A stretch of 18,386 nt of DNA from an archaeon (GCA_024276795.1 JAJRWK010000083.1:1-18386), one strand, 5' to 3'; positions 1 through 8,995 are shown, numbered from the stretch's first letter. Made by a program: numbers and translations. Notes: generated by a model from the letters alone, not told the origin.

Positions 1-1139
1 GGTACAATGCTAAGAGATCGAAATGTGTAATATAATCCAATACTTTGAGCCCTTTTTTCAGTGGGAGCCAGATCAACCAGAATAGCCTTTCTAGCGGGTT
101 CTCCAAACTCTCTAAAACCGGCGACGCTAAATGCAAGAACCAACCAAGGCAAGGTGTTAGAAAAAAGGATTAACGCGGGATAAAGACTAAAGCACAAGAA
201 AGAGACCATGGTAACAGGTTTCTTTCCAATTCGGTTCGCAATTCCAGCAGCAGGAATGTAGGAAGCGACACTAACCGCCATTTGGATTGAAACCAAAATT
301 CCAAACTCTTGAGGACCCAAAACCTCAATCACATGCAGTACAATAAATGCTTTGACAACCGCTTGACCGAAGCGGGCAAATATATCAGCAATGAGGAGCC
401 TAAGCAAGTCTCTTTCAATCAAAGAAGGAGAAAAACCAGAAATAGGAACCAAAGAGTTACGAGAAAAGAGAGAAGCAGCACCGTTATCCTGATTCGTCAA
501 CTTATGCTTCCACGTAGACGAATTTAGCATCTGTCCCAGCATAACCCGGGCAAAAACGAGAGAAATAACAGACAGAAGAATCGTAATAACAAGGCCGATT
601 CGAACCCCACCAACCACGCCCTCAGAGGCGATAATATAGCCACCAACCGTGGGAGAAACGATAATAGGAACTCTCTTCAAAATTGATTGAACAGAGAAAG
701 CACTCGTCCGGCGTTTCGAAGGCATGAAGTCTCCGATCATTGCAAATATTGTGGGTTGCAAAAGACTTGAGGTTCCTTGAACATATACTAACCCTAAGAA
801 TAAGAATTCCCACGAAGGTGCAAATAAGTAAGAAGCGTAGCCAAAGACGCCGAAAGCCAGAAAAAGCATGACCGATTGAAGTCGCCCCACCCGATCAGAA
901 ATAAGTCCCCCGGGAAACTGTGCGATTGCGTCTAGAACGTCCGAGAGAGACTTGAAAACACCAAGGAAGAAAATAGACCCACCCGAAGCAACAAAATATG
1001 CTGAAACAAATTCTGCCCAGAGTTGTTCACCCAAACTAACAAGAAAAACCACAAAAAACAAAACCAAAACAGGCCTTTCGATATACCAAAATCTCTCCGA
1101 AGAAAGAGAATTTTCCTCCGCTAAATCCTCGTCAGACAT
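1..1139 (-). CDS. MFS-family transporter, C-terminally truncated by the window edge
   Basis: Absent from the supplied ORF track because it has no stop inside the window. My reverse-strand translation from the ATG at 1139-1137 reads MSDEDLAEENSLSSERFWYIERPVLVLFFVVFLVSLGEQLWAEF...FPGGLISDRVGRLQSVMLFLAFG...AAGIANRIGKKPVTMVSF..., with no stop down to position 3. It shows regular hydrophobic helices, a GxxxDRxGR-type MFS motif A after the second helix, and a degenerate second copy (NRIGKKP) in the second half. Confidence 0.8.
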   Translation of the reverse strand, partial: MSDEDLAEENSLSSERFWYIERPVLVLFFVVFLVSLGEQLWAEFVSAYFVASGGSIFFLGVFKSLSDVLDAIAQFPGGLISDRVGRLQSVMLFLAFGVFGYASYLFAPSWEFLFLGLVYVQGTSSLLQPTIFAMIGDFMPSKRRTSAFSVQSILKRVPIIVSPTVGGYIIASEGVVGGVRIGLVITILLSVISLVFARVMLGQMLNSSTWKHKLTNQDNGAASLFSRNSLVPISGFSPSLIERDLLRLLIADIFARFGQAVVKAFIVLHVIEVLGPQEFGILVSIQMAVSVASYIPAAGIANRIGKKPVTMVSFLCFSLYPALILFSNTLPWLVLAFSVAGFREFGEPARKAILVDLAPTEKRAQSIGLYYTFRSLSIV

Positions 1140-1182
1140 TTCAAGGAGGAAAAGGAAAAACAGCTTTTTTTGGTTAATGTAT

Positions 1183-2154
1183 CTAATTCAGCCGAACGGA
1201 TTTTTTCTCGTATCCTTCACGAATCCATGCCAACAGTTCATCTAGCTCTGTTTCTTGGTTATGGAGAATCTGCACAATCAAGAAGAATTCGACGCTAAGC
1301 AAGACAAGCCCAAGAATGAGGTATTCAAAGGTGATTCCCGAAGGATTAGTCGTAAAAGTCCAATACGCCAAAATGCCAATGCCGAACGCTATAATGGGAC
1401 TCCACCAAGAGCTAAATCTCTTCATCGTCGCGTCGTCTTGATCAAGGTACCTAAGATCAGATCGCCCTAATAGATCCCACGCAACAAAGAAGTAAATCGT
1501 GACTAGCGACCAAAGAACAAAGAGCCATGTGTCAAGAGAGTTGAGACTCAATTTCGCAGGATCATCGCTTGTGACCACCCTTACTTGGAAAGGCATGATC
1601 AAAGCCAGAAACGACAAAACAAGGCCCCTTGAAAAAATGTCAATTACTCTTCTTTCTTTCGGCTTTTCGTGAACAAAGAAATAGACAGGTTGGATAGATC
1701 GCCTAAACTTATTTGAAACATATAGGAAAAAGCGAGCAAATTCACCGAGTAAAACGGTAATGCTTGGTCCTGCAAAAATCCTCACTCCGAATTGTTTTTC
1801 CACTAATTTGACGCTTGTTCTTAATCCCCAGAAAATTATTAACAACACTGCGTCTATAACTACCATAAAACCAATTGATTCCGTAAGAACCCTGATCCAG
1901 TTAGAAAAACTTCCAGAAAAAGAAACCAGAGAGTACAGGAAGAAAATGGGAAGCTGTACGGCCATAACCAGAAGTATCAAGGCCAAATCATCAGCGATTC
2001 CTTCCCGCGGAGGAGTTGAAAACAATTCCACGATATAGCTCTTGAAGCGGCTCAAAGCATTGTTCCCGGATTGCGGCCCCAGTTCCTCGTTTCGAGATGT
2101 GTCTTGAGTCTCGATTGATTCTTGAGTAGATGAAGAATTTGGCGTATTGCTCAT
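1183..2154 (-). CDS. hypothetical polytopic membrane protein with a polar Ser/Thr/Glu-rich N-terminal tail
   Basis: 323-aa ORF with an ATG start. It has several long hydrophobic segments (LALILLVMAVQLPIFFLYSLV, IGFMVVIDAVLLIIFWGL, LVLSFLALIMPF, WLFVLWSLVTIYFFVAW, IIAFGIGILAYW, YLILGLVLLSVEFFLIV). It is co-oriented with the MFS gene start and ends 43 nt upstream of it. No family recognised. Confidence 0.6.
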   Translation of the reverse strand: MSNTPNSSSTQESIETQDTSRNEELGPQSGNNALSRFKSYIVELFSTPPREGIADDLALILLVMAVQLPIFFLYSLVSFSGSFSNWIRVLTESIGFMVVIDAVLLIIFWGLRTSVKLVEKQFGVRIFAGPSITVLLGEFARFFLYVSNKFRRSIQPVYFFVHEKPKERRVIDIFSRGLVLSFLALIMPFQVRVVTSDDPAKLSLNSLDTWLFVLWSLVTIYFFVAWDLLGRSDLRYLDQDDATMKRFSSWWSPIIAFGIGILAYWTFTTNPSGITFEYLILGLVLLSVEFFLIVQILHNQETELDELLAWIREGYEKKSVRLN

Positions 2155-2415
2155 TACAACTACTCATGCCCGTTATCACTTAAGAGATTTTCTCAAAAAA
2201 AGCTACTCTCAAACATGCAGTGGGTAACCCCAAATAAAGAATGAAATAGAAACAATGAATTCGGATTTATCTAAAGTGACCAGCACGTATAAAAAGAGGA
2301 CGTGCAAAATATTCATTTGCCAGTTTTCCTAAAAAAATAAAAAAGAGTGCAGTCAGAAGGCTAGATTCAAACGGCATGTAACAAATGTTAAGTAAGTAAA
2401 TCTAATTATATACGT

Positions 2416-4308
2416 ATGATTTCAGAGAAAAATAGGGAAGAAATTCTAACAACGATTAGTCTTGCTTGGCTTGCCTATGTTTTCTGGTCTTTCCTCGTTG
2501 AGTTCTTCAGCATGGTTTACTTCCTCAATCTTTCAACATTGTCCATTAATGCGGGAATATTATACTTGCTTTTTCTTTTCGTCCCGACAATATTTGGAGT
2601 GAAAAATATTGAAAACATACTAGAAAAGCGTTACAAGTATTTTCCACTATTTGGATTGATTGGATTCGCGTACTATTTTTCTGAACAGTTGCAAATGAGA
2701 GTAATGGCGATTGCTGTCGGTTTCTTGTTTTTTTACTCTTTCTGGACACTAGAATGGAGATATCAACGAATAGATTGTAGCCAAGTTTCGACAGGGTTTG
2801 TAACTGGATTGTTGACTTTTCTCCTAGCCCGATTCGTTTGGTTCTCTCGCAATATCTTGTGGTACTCAAGTGTCTCCATTGTGATTGCCGTTATCTTAAC
2901 ACTTGTTGCTATCATCGCTCGATTGAAAACACCAGAATTGTTGGAAAAAAAGGGCAAAGACGAACAATCATCTCGGATCTTCAGAATTTCAAGCTTTTCA
3001 GTAGCCTTGTTTTTCTCACATTTGCTATTCTCAAACTATGGGATAATACCAAGATGGGTTGGTACGAATCCTCCAAGCACGGGAATATTTGTAATCTTAG
3101 CCCTTACAACAGGAATGGTGTTTCTGAACTCAGCAATCCTAAGGACTTCCTTGGCTGGAATCGTTGGACTAATAGGAGTAACGCTAATTAACTACGCAAG
3201 TGGATGGATTGGAATAATCGGGGGAATACTGCTTGGAATCCTGATACCTTCTCTCTGGAACTCCGTAGTCTCAACATTTCCTGAAATGGATATGAAAAGA
3301 GAGTTTCCAACCGCAATTGGCATTTATCTTTTCCTGACCCTAGCAGTAATATTTGCAACGGTATATGACTACGTTCCACTTGGAGAACTCTTCAGAGAAA
3401 GAGAAGAATTATTCCTCGTATTAGCTACGGCGTTTCTATATTTTCATTATGCTCAAGAAGAGTTCTCCCCTACACTACTTACAAATCTTAGAAAACAGAA
3501 GCCTCAGAAACCCGCAAAGCAAACAATAATAGCTGTTATCTTAATAGTATTGCTACTGCCGATGAGCTTTGGGATGCGATTCGCTCTGAGCAATAGGGCT
3601 CAAGCTGCTGAAAATGAGTTAGTTGCAGTAACCTTCAACATTCAGCAAGGATTTGACGAGAAAGGCCTTGTCAATTTTGAAACGGTTGCTAACATAATTG
3701 AAGACTTAGGAGCTACTATTGTGGGTTTGCAAGAAACGGATACCCTGAGACCAACGTCAAGCGGCAGAGACATCATGGAATGGCTTGGCTGGCGACTAGG
3801 GATGCACTACTACGCAGGGCCAAAAACAAGGGATAGCACTTTCGGAAACGGACTTCTTTCCACATTCCCCATAGTCGCTGCAGAAACAATTATTCTCCCT
3901 TCAGAAGGAGAACTAGCAGTACTCATCAAGGCGAAAATCAATGTAAACAACATCATTGTGAATGTTCTTGTTGCCCACTTTGGAGAAACCGAGAAAGACC
4001 GAACAGCCCAAGCAGAAAAAACAGCTCAGATAATCAAAGCAATGACGGGCCCCCTAATCTTACTCGGAGACTTCAATTCAGAACCGCGATCGACTCAGAT
4101 AAAGAAAATACTGCAAACAGGATTGATCGATGCCTATGCAATCATGCACAATCAGAGACATATCCCAACAGTAATCGGTGGTAACGCAACAATTGATTTC
4201 GTGTTCTATCGAGGGCTTCAACTAAGGAAAAGTGGAGTAATTCAAGGATACACGGGATCAGACCACAGGCCAGTCTATGCAATATTTGAACTTCCAAAAA
4301 CAGGATAA
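2416..4308 (+). CDS. polytopic membrane protein fused to a C-terminal endonuclease/exonuclease/phosphatase (EEP) domain
   Basis: 630-aa ORF. Residues ~1-400 are a run of roughly ten hydrophobic helices. Residues ~403-630 carry the ordered EEP motif set: VTFNIQQG, VGLQETD, LVAHFGE, LLGDFNSEP, TIDFVFY, GSDHRPVYAIF. Confidence 0.85.
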   Translation: MISEKNREEILTTISLAWLAYVFWSFLVEFFSMVYFLNLSTLSINAGILYLLFLFVPTIFGVKNIENILEKRYKYFPLFGLIGFAYYFSEQLQMRVMAIAVGFLFFYSFWTLEWRYQRIDCSQVSTGFVTGLLTFLLARFVWFSRNILWYSSVSIVIAVILTLVAIIARLKTPELLEKKGKDEQSSRIFRISSFSVALFFSHLLFSNYGIIPRWVGTNPPSTGIFVILALTTGMVFLNSAILRTSLAGIVGLIGVTLINYASGWIGIIGGILLGILIPSLWNSVVSTFPEMDMKREFPTAIGIYLFLTLAVIFATVYDYVPLGELFREREELFLVLATAFLYFHYAQEEFSPTLLTNLRKQKPQKPAKQTIIAVILIVLLLPMSFGMRFALSNRAQAAENELVAVTFNIQQGFDEKGLVNFETVANIIEDLGATIVGLQETDTLRPTSSGRDIMEWLGWRLGMHYYAGPKTRDSTFGNGLLSTFPIVAAETIILPSEGELAVLIKAKINVNNIIVNVLVAHFGETEKDRTAQAEKTAQIIKAMTGPLILLGDFNSEPRSTQIKKILQTGLIDAYAIMHNQRHIPTVIGGNATIDFVFYRGLQLRKSGVIQGYTGSDHRPVYAIFELPKTG

Positions 4309-4365
4309 CCGAGGCAAGACAGTTCTCCAAGGAGCACTCAAGGCCTCGGGGTAGGGAAGATTTTT
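4309..4365 (+). terminator. possible terminator: 7-bp inverted repeat followed by a T5 tract
   Basis: ccgaggc (4309-4315) and gcctcgg (4343-4349) are exact reverse complements, with ttttt at 4361-4365, immediately after the 2416-4308 stop codon. Oligo-T tracts are the known archaeal intrinsic termination signal. Function not demonstrated. Confidence 0.3.
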
Positions 4366-4393
4366 CAATCATACTTTGGTTTAGCTAAATAAT

Positions 4394-5236
4394 ATGAGCA
4401 CCAAACACCAGACAGGCAACTTTGAAAGTAAGGATGGCACAAAACTATTCTATCAAGCATGGATTCCCGAGAATCCCAAGGGAACAATAATCGTGGTCCA
4501 TGGAATATTGGAGCATTCTGACAGGTATCAAAACGTTGTAAACACACTTGTCCCCGAGGGTTACGCAGTCTGGGCTTTTGACCATAGAGGACACGGAAGA
4601 TCAGAAGGCAAACGAGCATACATTAATCGCTTTGAAGACTTCCTAATGGATCTAGAAGAATTTGAGCGAATCGTAAAGAATGCACATCCAGATTTAGGGA
4701 TTCATCTTCTTGGACATAGCATGGGGAGCCTCATCGTGGCCCACTATGTTGCAAGCTTGGAAACCCAGGAAAAAATCAAGTCCTTAGTTCTTTCAGGGAC
4801 TGGTGCAGCGCCGGGACCAGATATTACATGGTTCATCAAGAATGTCTCAAAGCTACTATCTGTCATTCTGCCAAGAATTCATCTTCCCGCGGGAACAGAT
4901 CCAAACTTTATTTCCAATGATCCAGAAGTTGTCAAGGCCTACGTGGAAGACCCGATGATCGAGATGAAAGTAACACCCAGAATTGCTGCAGAAGTAATGA
5001 AGGCCTCAACCGAGATAATGAAAATAGCCCCAAATATCACGATACCCACGTTGATGCAAATAGGCTCAGAAGACAGAGCGTTCCATCCAAAAACCTGGGA
5101 ACCCTTATTCAACGCCATCGGCTCGTCGGATAAAGAATTCAAGCTATACGAAGGATTCAAACACGAAGTCTATAATGAACTGAAAAAGGAAATCGCGTTA
5201 GAAGATCTCAAAAACTGGATTAATGGCCACAACTAA
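4394..5236 (+). CDS. alpha/beta-hydrolase, monoacylglycerol-lipase / lysophospholipase-like
   Basis: 280-aa ORF with the HGILEHSDRYQ (HG oxyanion motif), a GHSMGS nucleophile elbow, and later GSEDRAF (Asp) and FKHEVYNE (His). The order and spacing are typical of the lysophospholipase/monoglyceride-lipase (serine aminopeptidase S33 / Hydrolase_4) group. Confidence 0.85.
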   Translation: MSTKHQTGNFESKDGTKLFYQAWIPENPKGTIIVVHGILEHSDRYQNVVNTLVPEGYAVWAFDHRGHGRSEGKRAYINRFEDFLMDLEEFERIVKNAHPDLGIHLLGHSMGSLIVAHYVASLETQEKIKSLVLSGTGAAPGPDITWFIKNVSKLLSVILPRIHLPAGTDPNFISNDPEVVKAYVEDPMIEMKVTPRIAAEVMKASTEIMKIAPNITIPTLMQIGSEDRAFHPKTWEPLFNAIGSSDKEFKLYEGFKHEVYNELKKEIALEDLKNWINGHN

Positions 5237-5251
5237 TGACTCGATACAAAA

Positions 5252-5953
5252 CTATTCTTTGTCCACGGGCTGTAGCTCTTCGGGGAGCAAGGGAGTAATT
5301 GGTTCAAAGGGTAGCCCGTGATCTGGTATCATGAAATCAAGGAAATTACGAATTACTCTTGCACTCATCCCCCATACAACATTGTGATTAGCGTATTCTC
5401 GGGTGTCAAAAAAACGAACGTAGTCAGCTCTCGAACCCCAGTAGAGGAACATGTGAAAATATTTGTTCGGATTCAAAAAAGCGTGAAGAGGGATAGATAC
5501 CACAAAATCCGTCTCTGTAGTCATAGGCTTCGGGTCAATTGCAGAGTCAAGCCAGCCAACCACAGCAATGGCTTTCAGTATTCCACCGGCGAGAACAAAA
5601 GGACCTAAGGAACCAAGCACCTCTATTTTGCTACTAGGAATTCCGAGCTCTTCGTAGGTTTCCCGCAAAGACACACCAATCACATCGTGATCATCGGGAT
5701 CAGCAACGCCTCCGGGAAAAGCCATGTCCCCAGGATTTCGGCGAAGGGTTTCGCTTCGTCGTATCATCAATACCTGCAACCCGTCATCCCAAATGAGAGG
5801 AAAGAGGACTGCTCCCTGATATTCATGAGTCGAATAAGCATTAATCGTGGTGTGGGGAGGAATAAGCCGGTCACGGATGAATTCTTTGATTTCCGTTGCA
5901 GAATTAAGCTCTAGTAGTGAAAATGGCAAATCCCTCACTTCCAAGTCATTCAA
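5252..5953 (-). CDS. Nudix hydrolase, CoA-pyrophosphatase-like
   Basis: 233-aa ORF. The Nudix box FPGGVADPDDHDVIGVSLRETYEELGI is preceded by LMIRRSETLRRNPGDMA, which resembles the extra upstream motif of the CoA-pyrophosphatase (NudL/Nudt7-like) subgroup. The TTG start at 5953 overlaps the upstream nikR-like stop by 8 nt. Confidence 0.8.
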   Translation of the reverse strand: MNDLEVRDLPFSLLELNSATEIKEFIRDRLIPPHTTINAYSTHEYQGAVLFPLIWDDGLQVLMIRRSETLRRNPGDMAFPGGVADPDDHDVIGVSLRETYEELGIPSSKIEVLGSLGPFVLAGGILKAIAVVGWLDSAIDPKPMTTETDFVVSIPLHAFLNPNKYFHMFLYWGSRADYVRFFDTREYANHNVVWGMSARVIRNFLDFMIPDHGLPFEPITPLLPEELQPVDKE

Positions 5954-6428
5954 CTGCGAAGTTAGAGGAAAAGTACTTTACACCTTTAATGCTCCTAATT
6001 TGATCGCCTAGTTTCTTAATAGTTCGCAGTTCTCCTTTGCAAATAATAATTTCAAAGCAACTAGAGTGAGAGAGGTGAATGTGTGTTGTACTCGTAATGA
6101 TTTCTTCATGATCATGCTGGACATGCATTAACTCTGCAACAACGCTCGAATCATGGTGATCGTAAATATAGGAAATAATCCCCACACCAGTTCCTTGCAA
6201 ATCCTTTGCTCCAACCTGAGCTGAAAGCCAGTTTGTGAGCGCTTCACGCACAATCATTGAGCGATTCATCTTCAACAAATCAGAAGCAGAATCCACTGCG
6301 TCAACAATATCGGGTGGAAGCGTAAAACTATAACGCTTTAGAGGTGATGAGTGCTGTTCGTTTCCAGGCATAGTGATTGTCAAATAAGACTTTGAAAGGT
6401 TCCTTATAATAAGCCTAGTTTGAGACAT
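5946..6428 (-). CDS. nikR: NikR-type nickel-responsive transcriptional regulator (ribbon-helix-helix plus C-terminal metal-binding domain)
   Basis: N-terminal RHH segment KRYSFTLPPDIVDAVDSASDLLKMNRSMIVREALTNWL. The C-terminal domain carries the NikR His/Cys nickel-ligand pattern YDHHDSS...LMHVQHDHEE...HIHLSHSSCFEIIICKG. The longest ORF starts at 6428. The internal ATG at 6371 (MPGNEQHSSPLKRYSF...) gives a more typical NikR N-terminus and may be the true start. Confidence 0.85.
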   Translation of the reverse strand: MSQTRLIIRNLSKSYLTITMPGNEQHSSPLKRYSFTLPPDIVDAVDSASDLLKMNRSMIVREALTNWLSAQVGAKDLQGTGVGIISYIYDHHDSSVVAELMHVQHDHEEIITSTTHIHLSHSSCFEIIICKGELRTIKKLGDQIRSIKGVKYFSSNFAVE

Positions 6429-6506
6429 TTAATCGAAAACTAGCTCAAACACCTAGCGTAGACGCGAAGTCCCCTCCTCAGCAATTATATAGGAGACCAT
6501 ACTCTA

Positions 6507-6965
6507 ATGAAGTTGGTCCCAATGACTCAGAACCAAGACTTGTTTAGGATTAGAGAAATGACAATCGAGGATTATCAAAACGTCTTGAAAGTATGGGAAG
6601 AAGCGGGAATAGACATTGGCCTTTCTGACACCAAACCAGAGATCAAAAGAATGATTGACCATAACCCGGGCCTCTGCCTAGTGATGGAGGACACTAAAAC
6701 AGAAGAAATCATAGGAGCAGTCCTAGGTGGATTTGACGGACGACGAGGCTGGGTTCACCACCTCGCGGTAATGCCGAAACATCAGGGAAAGGGACTTGGA
6801 AGAAAAATAATGAACGAGTTAGAGAAAAGATTCAAAGCAATGAACATTGTGAAAATCAAACTAGAAGTCGTCAGAGGAAACCAAGGAGTAATCGATTTTT
6901 ACGAAAAACTAGGATGGAACCTAAGAGACGAGCTCATAACAATGAGCAAAACCTTGAGAAAATAA
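6507..6965 (+). CDS. GNAT-family N-acetyltransferase
   Basis: 152-aa ORF with the acetyl-CoA-binding motif A VHHLAVMPKHQGKGLGRKIMNELEKRF (Q/RxxGxG/A) and the typical GNAT size. Divergent from the nikR-like gene. Confidence 0.85.
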   Translation: MKLVPMTQNQDLFRIREMTIEDYQNVLKVWEEAGIDIGLSDTKPEIKRMIDHNPGLCLVMEDTKTEEIIGAVLGGFDGRRGWVHHLAVMPKHQGKGLGRKIMNELEKRFKAMNIVKIKLEVVRGNQGVIDFYEKLGWNLRDELITMSKTLRK

Positions 6966-6990
6966 AGATAGACAATAAGCGAAGGTAAGA

Positions 6991-8025
6991 TTAGAACGCG
7001 GAAACAGGGCCTTTCTCGACCACAAACATTTGCTCTAAGGAACGTTTTGCTCGTTCAATCGTCTCTGGATCTAAATCAATGATCTGCTCAGCACTCGGAT
7101 TCTTCAAAGCATCTAGAGTGTTCTTCAGTGTGATCTTCTTCATGTAAGGACACAGCATGCAAGTACCGACAAATTTACTCTCAGGAAATTCTACTTGGAG
7201 TCGATCTGCAAGACCACACTCGGTTACCAACATGTAAGTCCCGGTTCCATGTTCCTTGATGTAATTGATCATGCCTTGAGTCCCAACAACCAAGTCAACA
7301 AGCGAAACAACGCTTGGATCACACTCAGCGTGAGCCATTATGGTAACATCAGGATACGTTTGACGAACTTCTTTCACATGTTGTTCTGTAAATTCATCAT
7401 GGACGATGCACTTGCCGTTCCACAGAATGATCTTCTTCCCGGTTGACTCCGCCAGGTTTCGCCCCATGTGATAATCAGGGATGAAGATAACAGTATCCCC
7501 GGGGAGGTTGTTAACTATTTTTTCAGCGTTAGATGATGTTACGCAAACATCACATACGGCCTTTACCTCTGCACTTGTGTTCACATAACAAACTACGGGA
7601 ACACCAGGATATTGCTCCTTCAAACGCAAAACATCCTCAGCAGTAATGGAATCAGCTAGAGAACACCCCGCTTCTAAATTGGGCAAAATAACCGTCTTAT
7701 TGGGATTAAGAATCTTGGCAGTCTCTGCCATGAACTTCACGCCACAAAAAACAATAGTGTCGGCATCTGCTTCCATTGCGGCTTTACTCAAACCATAACT
7801 ATCACCAACAAAATCAGCAATGCCAAAAACAATCTGCGGTCGCTGATACGAATGAGCCAAAATAATGGCATTTTTTTCCTTTTTCAATTGATTGATTTCA
7901 AGAGTAAGCGGAGCAATGATTTCGCAATCTTCTCTTGTCCAGCCTAGCTTTCCAAGTGAAACGAACAAACGATCCGTTTCTACTTCGATTTCTTCCTTTG
8001 AAAATGATGTTAGCTCTTGCTCCAT
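6991..8025 (-). CDS. nadA: quinolinate synthase NadA
   Basis: 344-aa ORF with characteristic NadA blocks: ILAHSYQRPQI, FCGVKFMAETAKIL, EAGCSLADSIT, VCYVNTSAEVKA, FIPDYHMGRNL, KCIVHDEF, MAHAECDP, GTCMLCPYMKKITL. These fit the three pseudo-repeated domains, each with a conserved Cys for the 4Fe-4S cluster. Confidence 0.95.
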   Translation of the reverse strand: MEQELTSFSKEEIEVETDRLFVSLGKLGWTREDCEIIAPLTLEINQLKKEKNAIILAHSYQRPQIVFGIADFVGDSYGLSKAAMEADADTIVFCGVKFMAETAKILNPNKTVILPNLEAGCSLADSITAEDVLRLKEQYPGVPVVCYVNTSAEVKAVCDVCVTSSNAEKIVNNLPGDTVIFIPDYHMGRNLAESTGKKIILWNGKCIVHDEFTEQHVKEVRQTYPDVTIMAHAECDPSVVSLVDLVVGTQGMINYIKEHGTGTYMLVTECGLADRLQVEFPESKFVGTCMLCPYMKKITLKNTLDALKNPSAEQIIDLDPETIERAKRSLEQMFVVEKGPVSAF

Positions 8026-8344
8026 AAGATCACCAGTCGTATATTCAAGCTCCTCTTTGCGGAAGAATCCAAATTAAGTTTCCCATCTTGGAAAAAATCA
8101 CAAAGCCTAGAAAGTAATTAACTCCAAAAATACGACGACAGACAGTAGTTTCCAGTTAGACACTGCAATAAATCATAGTGAATGAAAAAATTTACTCGTA
8201 ACTAGTCTGTCAGAAAAAAGGTCTTATTCTTCTAAAGCCCAGAAGAGGTTCTTTCCACGTTGCTCTAACGAAGCGCAAGAAGTAATAAAAGCTAACACAA
8301 TGAGAGCTTTTTATAGCTAAGTTAGAATACTATACATGAGGTAG

Positions 8345-8995
8345 ATGACCTTAGAAAAAAAAGTATCAGATCTTGAGAAAATGATAACTCAATTGGCATA
8401 TGCTCAGTTCAAGACAGAAATGATGTTGCAACATTTGACGGACGAAATGAAAGAGTTTAAGGATGAAATGAAGGAATTCAAAGACGAAATGAAAGAGTTT
8501 AAGGATGAAATGAAAGAAGATCGTAAATACTGGGCGATGCAGTGGGGACAACTAGCAAATAAAATGGGAACTCTTGTTGAGGACCTAGTCCTCCCAGGGA
8601 TGCTTGTAGCTGTAGTAGATGTGTTCAATTGTAAAGAAGAAGACATCATTTTTAGTGGAGCGAGAATAAAGAAAAAGAGCCAATCAGGTAAAAGAAGAGA
8701 ATTTGACGCAATTGTTGAGTGCAAAGAAATATTAATCATTAATGAAACAAAAAGCAACCTTGAAAAGGACCATGTAGATGCATTCAAAAGCTTTATTGAA
8801 TCGAATGATGTCTTAGACTTTTTCCCACAAGCAAATGCAAAAACCATCATTCCGATTATGTCCTCCCTCCAGATAAGAAAAGATGTAATAGATTACCTAA
8901 CTGAAAAAGAAATCTTTGCTATGCATCTAGCAGAATTAGAAATGAGGATTGTAAATTTCGCAGAAATCCAGGAAAAGCAGTCTCCGCCAAGATAG
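8345..8995 (+). CDS. coiled-coil protein with a C-terminal PD-(D/E)xK-nuclease-like domain (DUF3782-like family, from memory)
   Basis: 216-aa ORF. The N-terminal ~60 aa are heptad-like and include four EMKEFKD repeats. Next come WGQLANKMGTLVEDLVLPG and REFDAIVECKEILIINETKSNL. The D...E-x-K arrangement on predicted strands fits a restriction-endonuclease-like core. The overall pattern matches coiled-coil/nuclease-like hypothetical proteins I recall from cyanobacteria and Thermoprotei. Confidence 0.7.
   Translation: MTLEKKVSDLEKMITQLAYAQFKTEMMLQHLTDEMKEFKDEMKEFKDEMKEFKDEMKEDRKYWAMQWGQLANKMGTLVEDLVLPGMLVAVVDVFNCKEEDIIFSGARIKKKSQSGKRREFDAIVECKEILIINETKSNLEKDHVDAFKSFIESNDVLDFFPQANAKTIIPIMSSLQIRKDVIDYLTEKEIFAMHLAELEMRIVNFAEIQEKQSPPR
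8444..8520 (+). repeat. 21-bp in-frame tandem repeat, about 3.7 copies, encoding EMKEFKD
   Basis: Copies start at 8444, 8465, 8486 and 8507 (the last partial). Copies 1 and 3 are identical (gaaatgaaagagtttaaggat). Copy 2 (gaaatgaaggaattcaaagac) differs at five third-codon positions, all synonymous. Confidence 0.95.

Noticed and set aside
591-620. tRNA-like string ggttcgaatc (T-loop-like) on the reverse strand
   Set aside because: There is no complementary T-stem or acceptor stem around it. It sits in frame inside the MFS CDS (GVVGGVRIGLV). Coincidental.
309-1245. Track ORFs 309-527(+), 622-813(-) and 952-1245(+)
   Set aside because: All lie inside, or antisense or out of frame to, the long uninterrupted MFS reading frame (1-1139, minus). 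They have low-complexity Arg/Lys/Asn-rich or otherwise implausible sequences. They are shadow ORFs.
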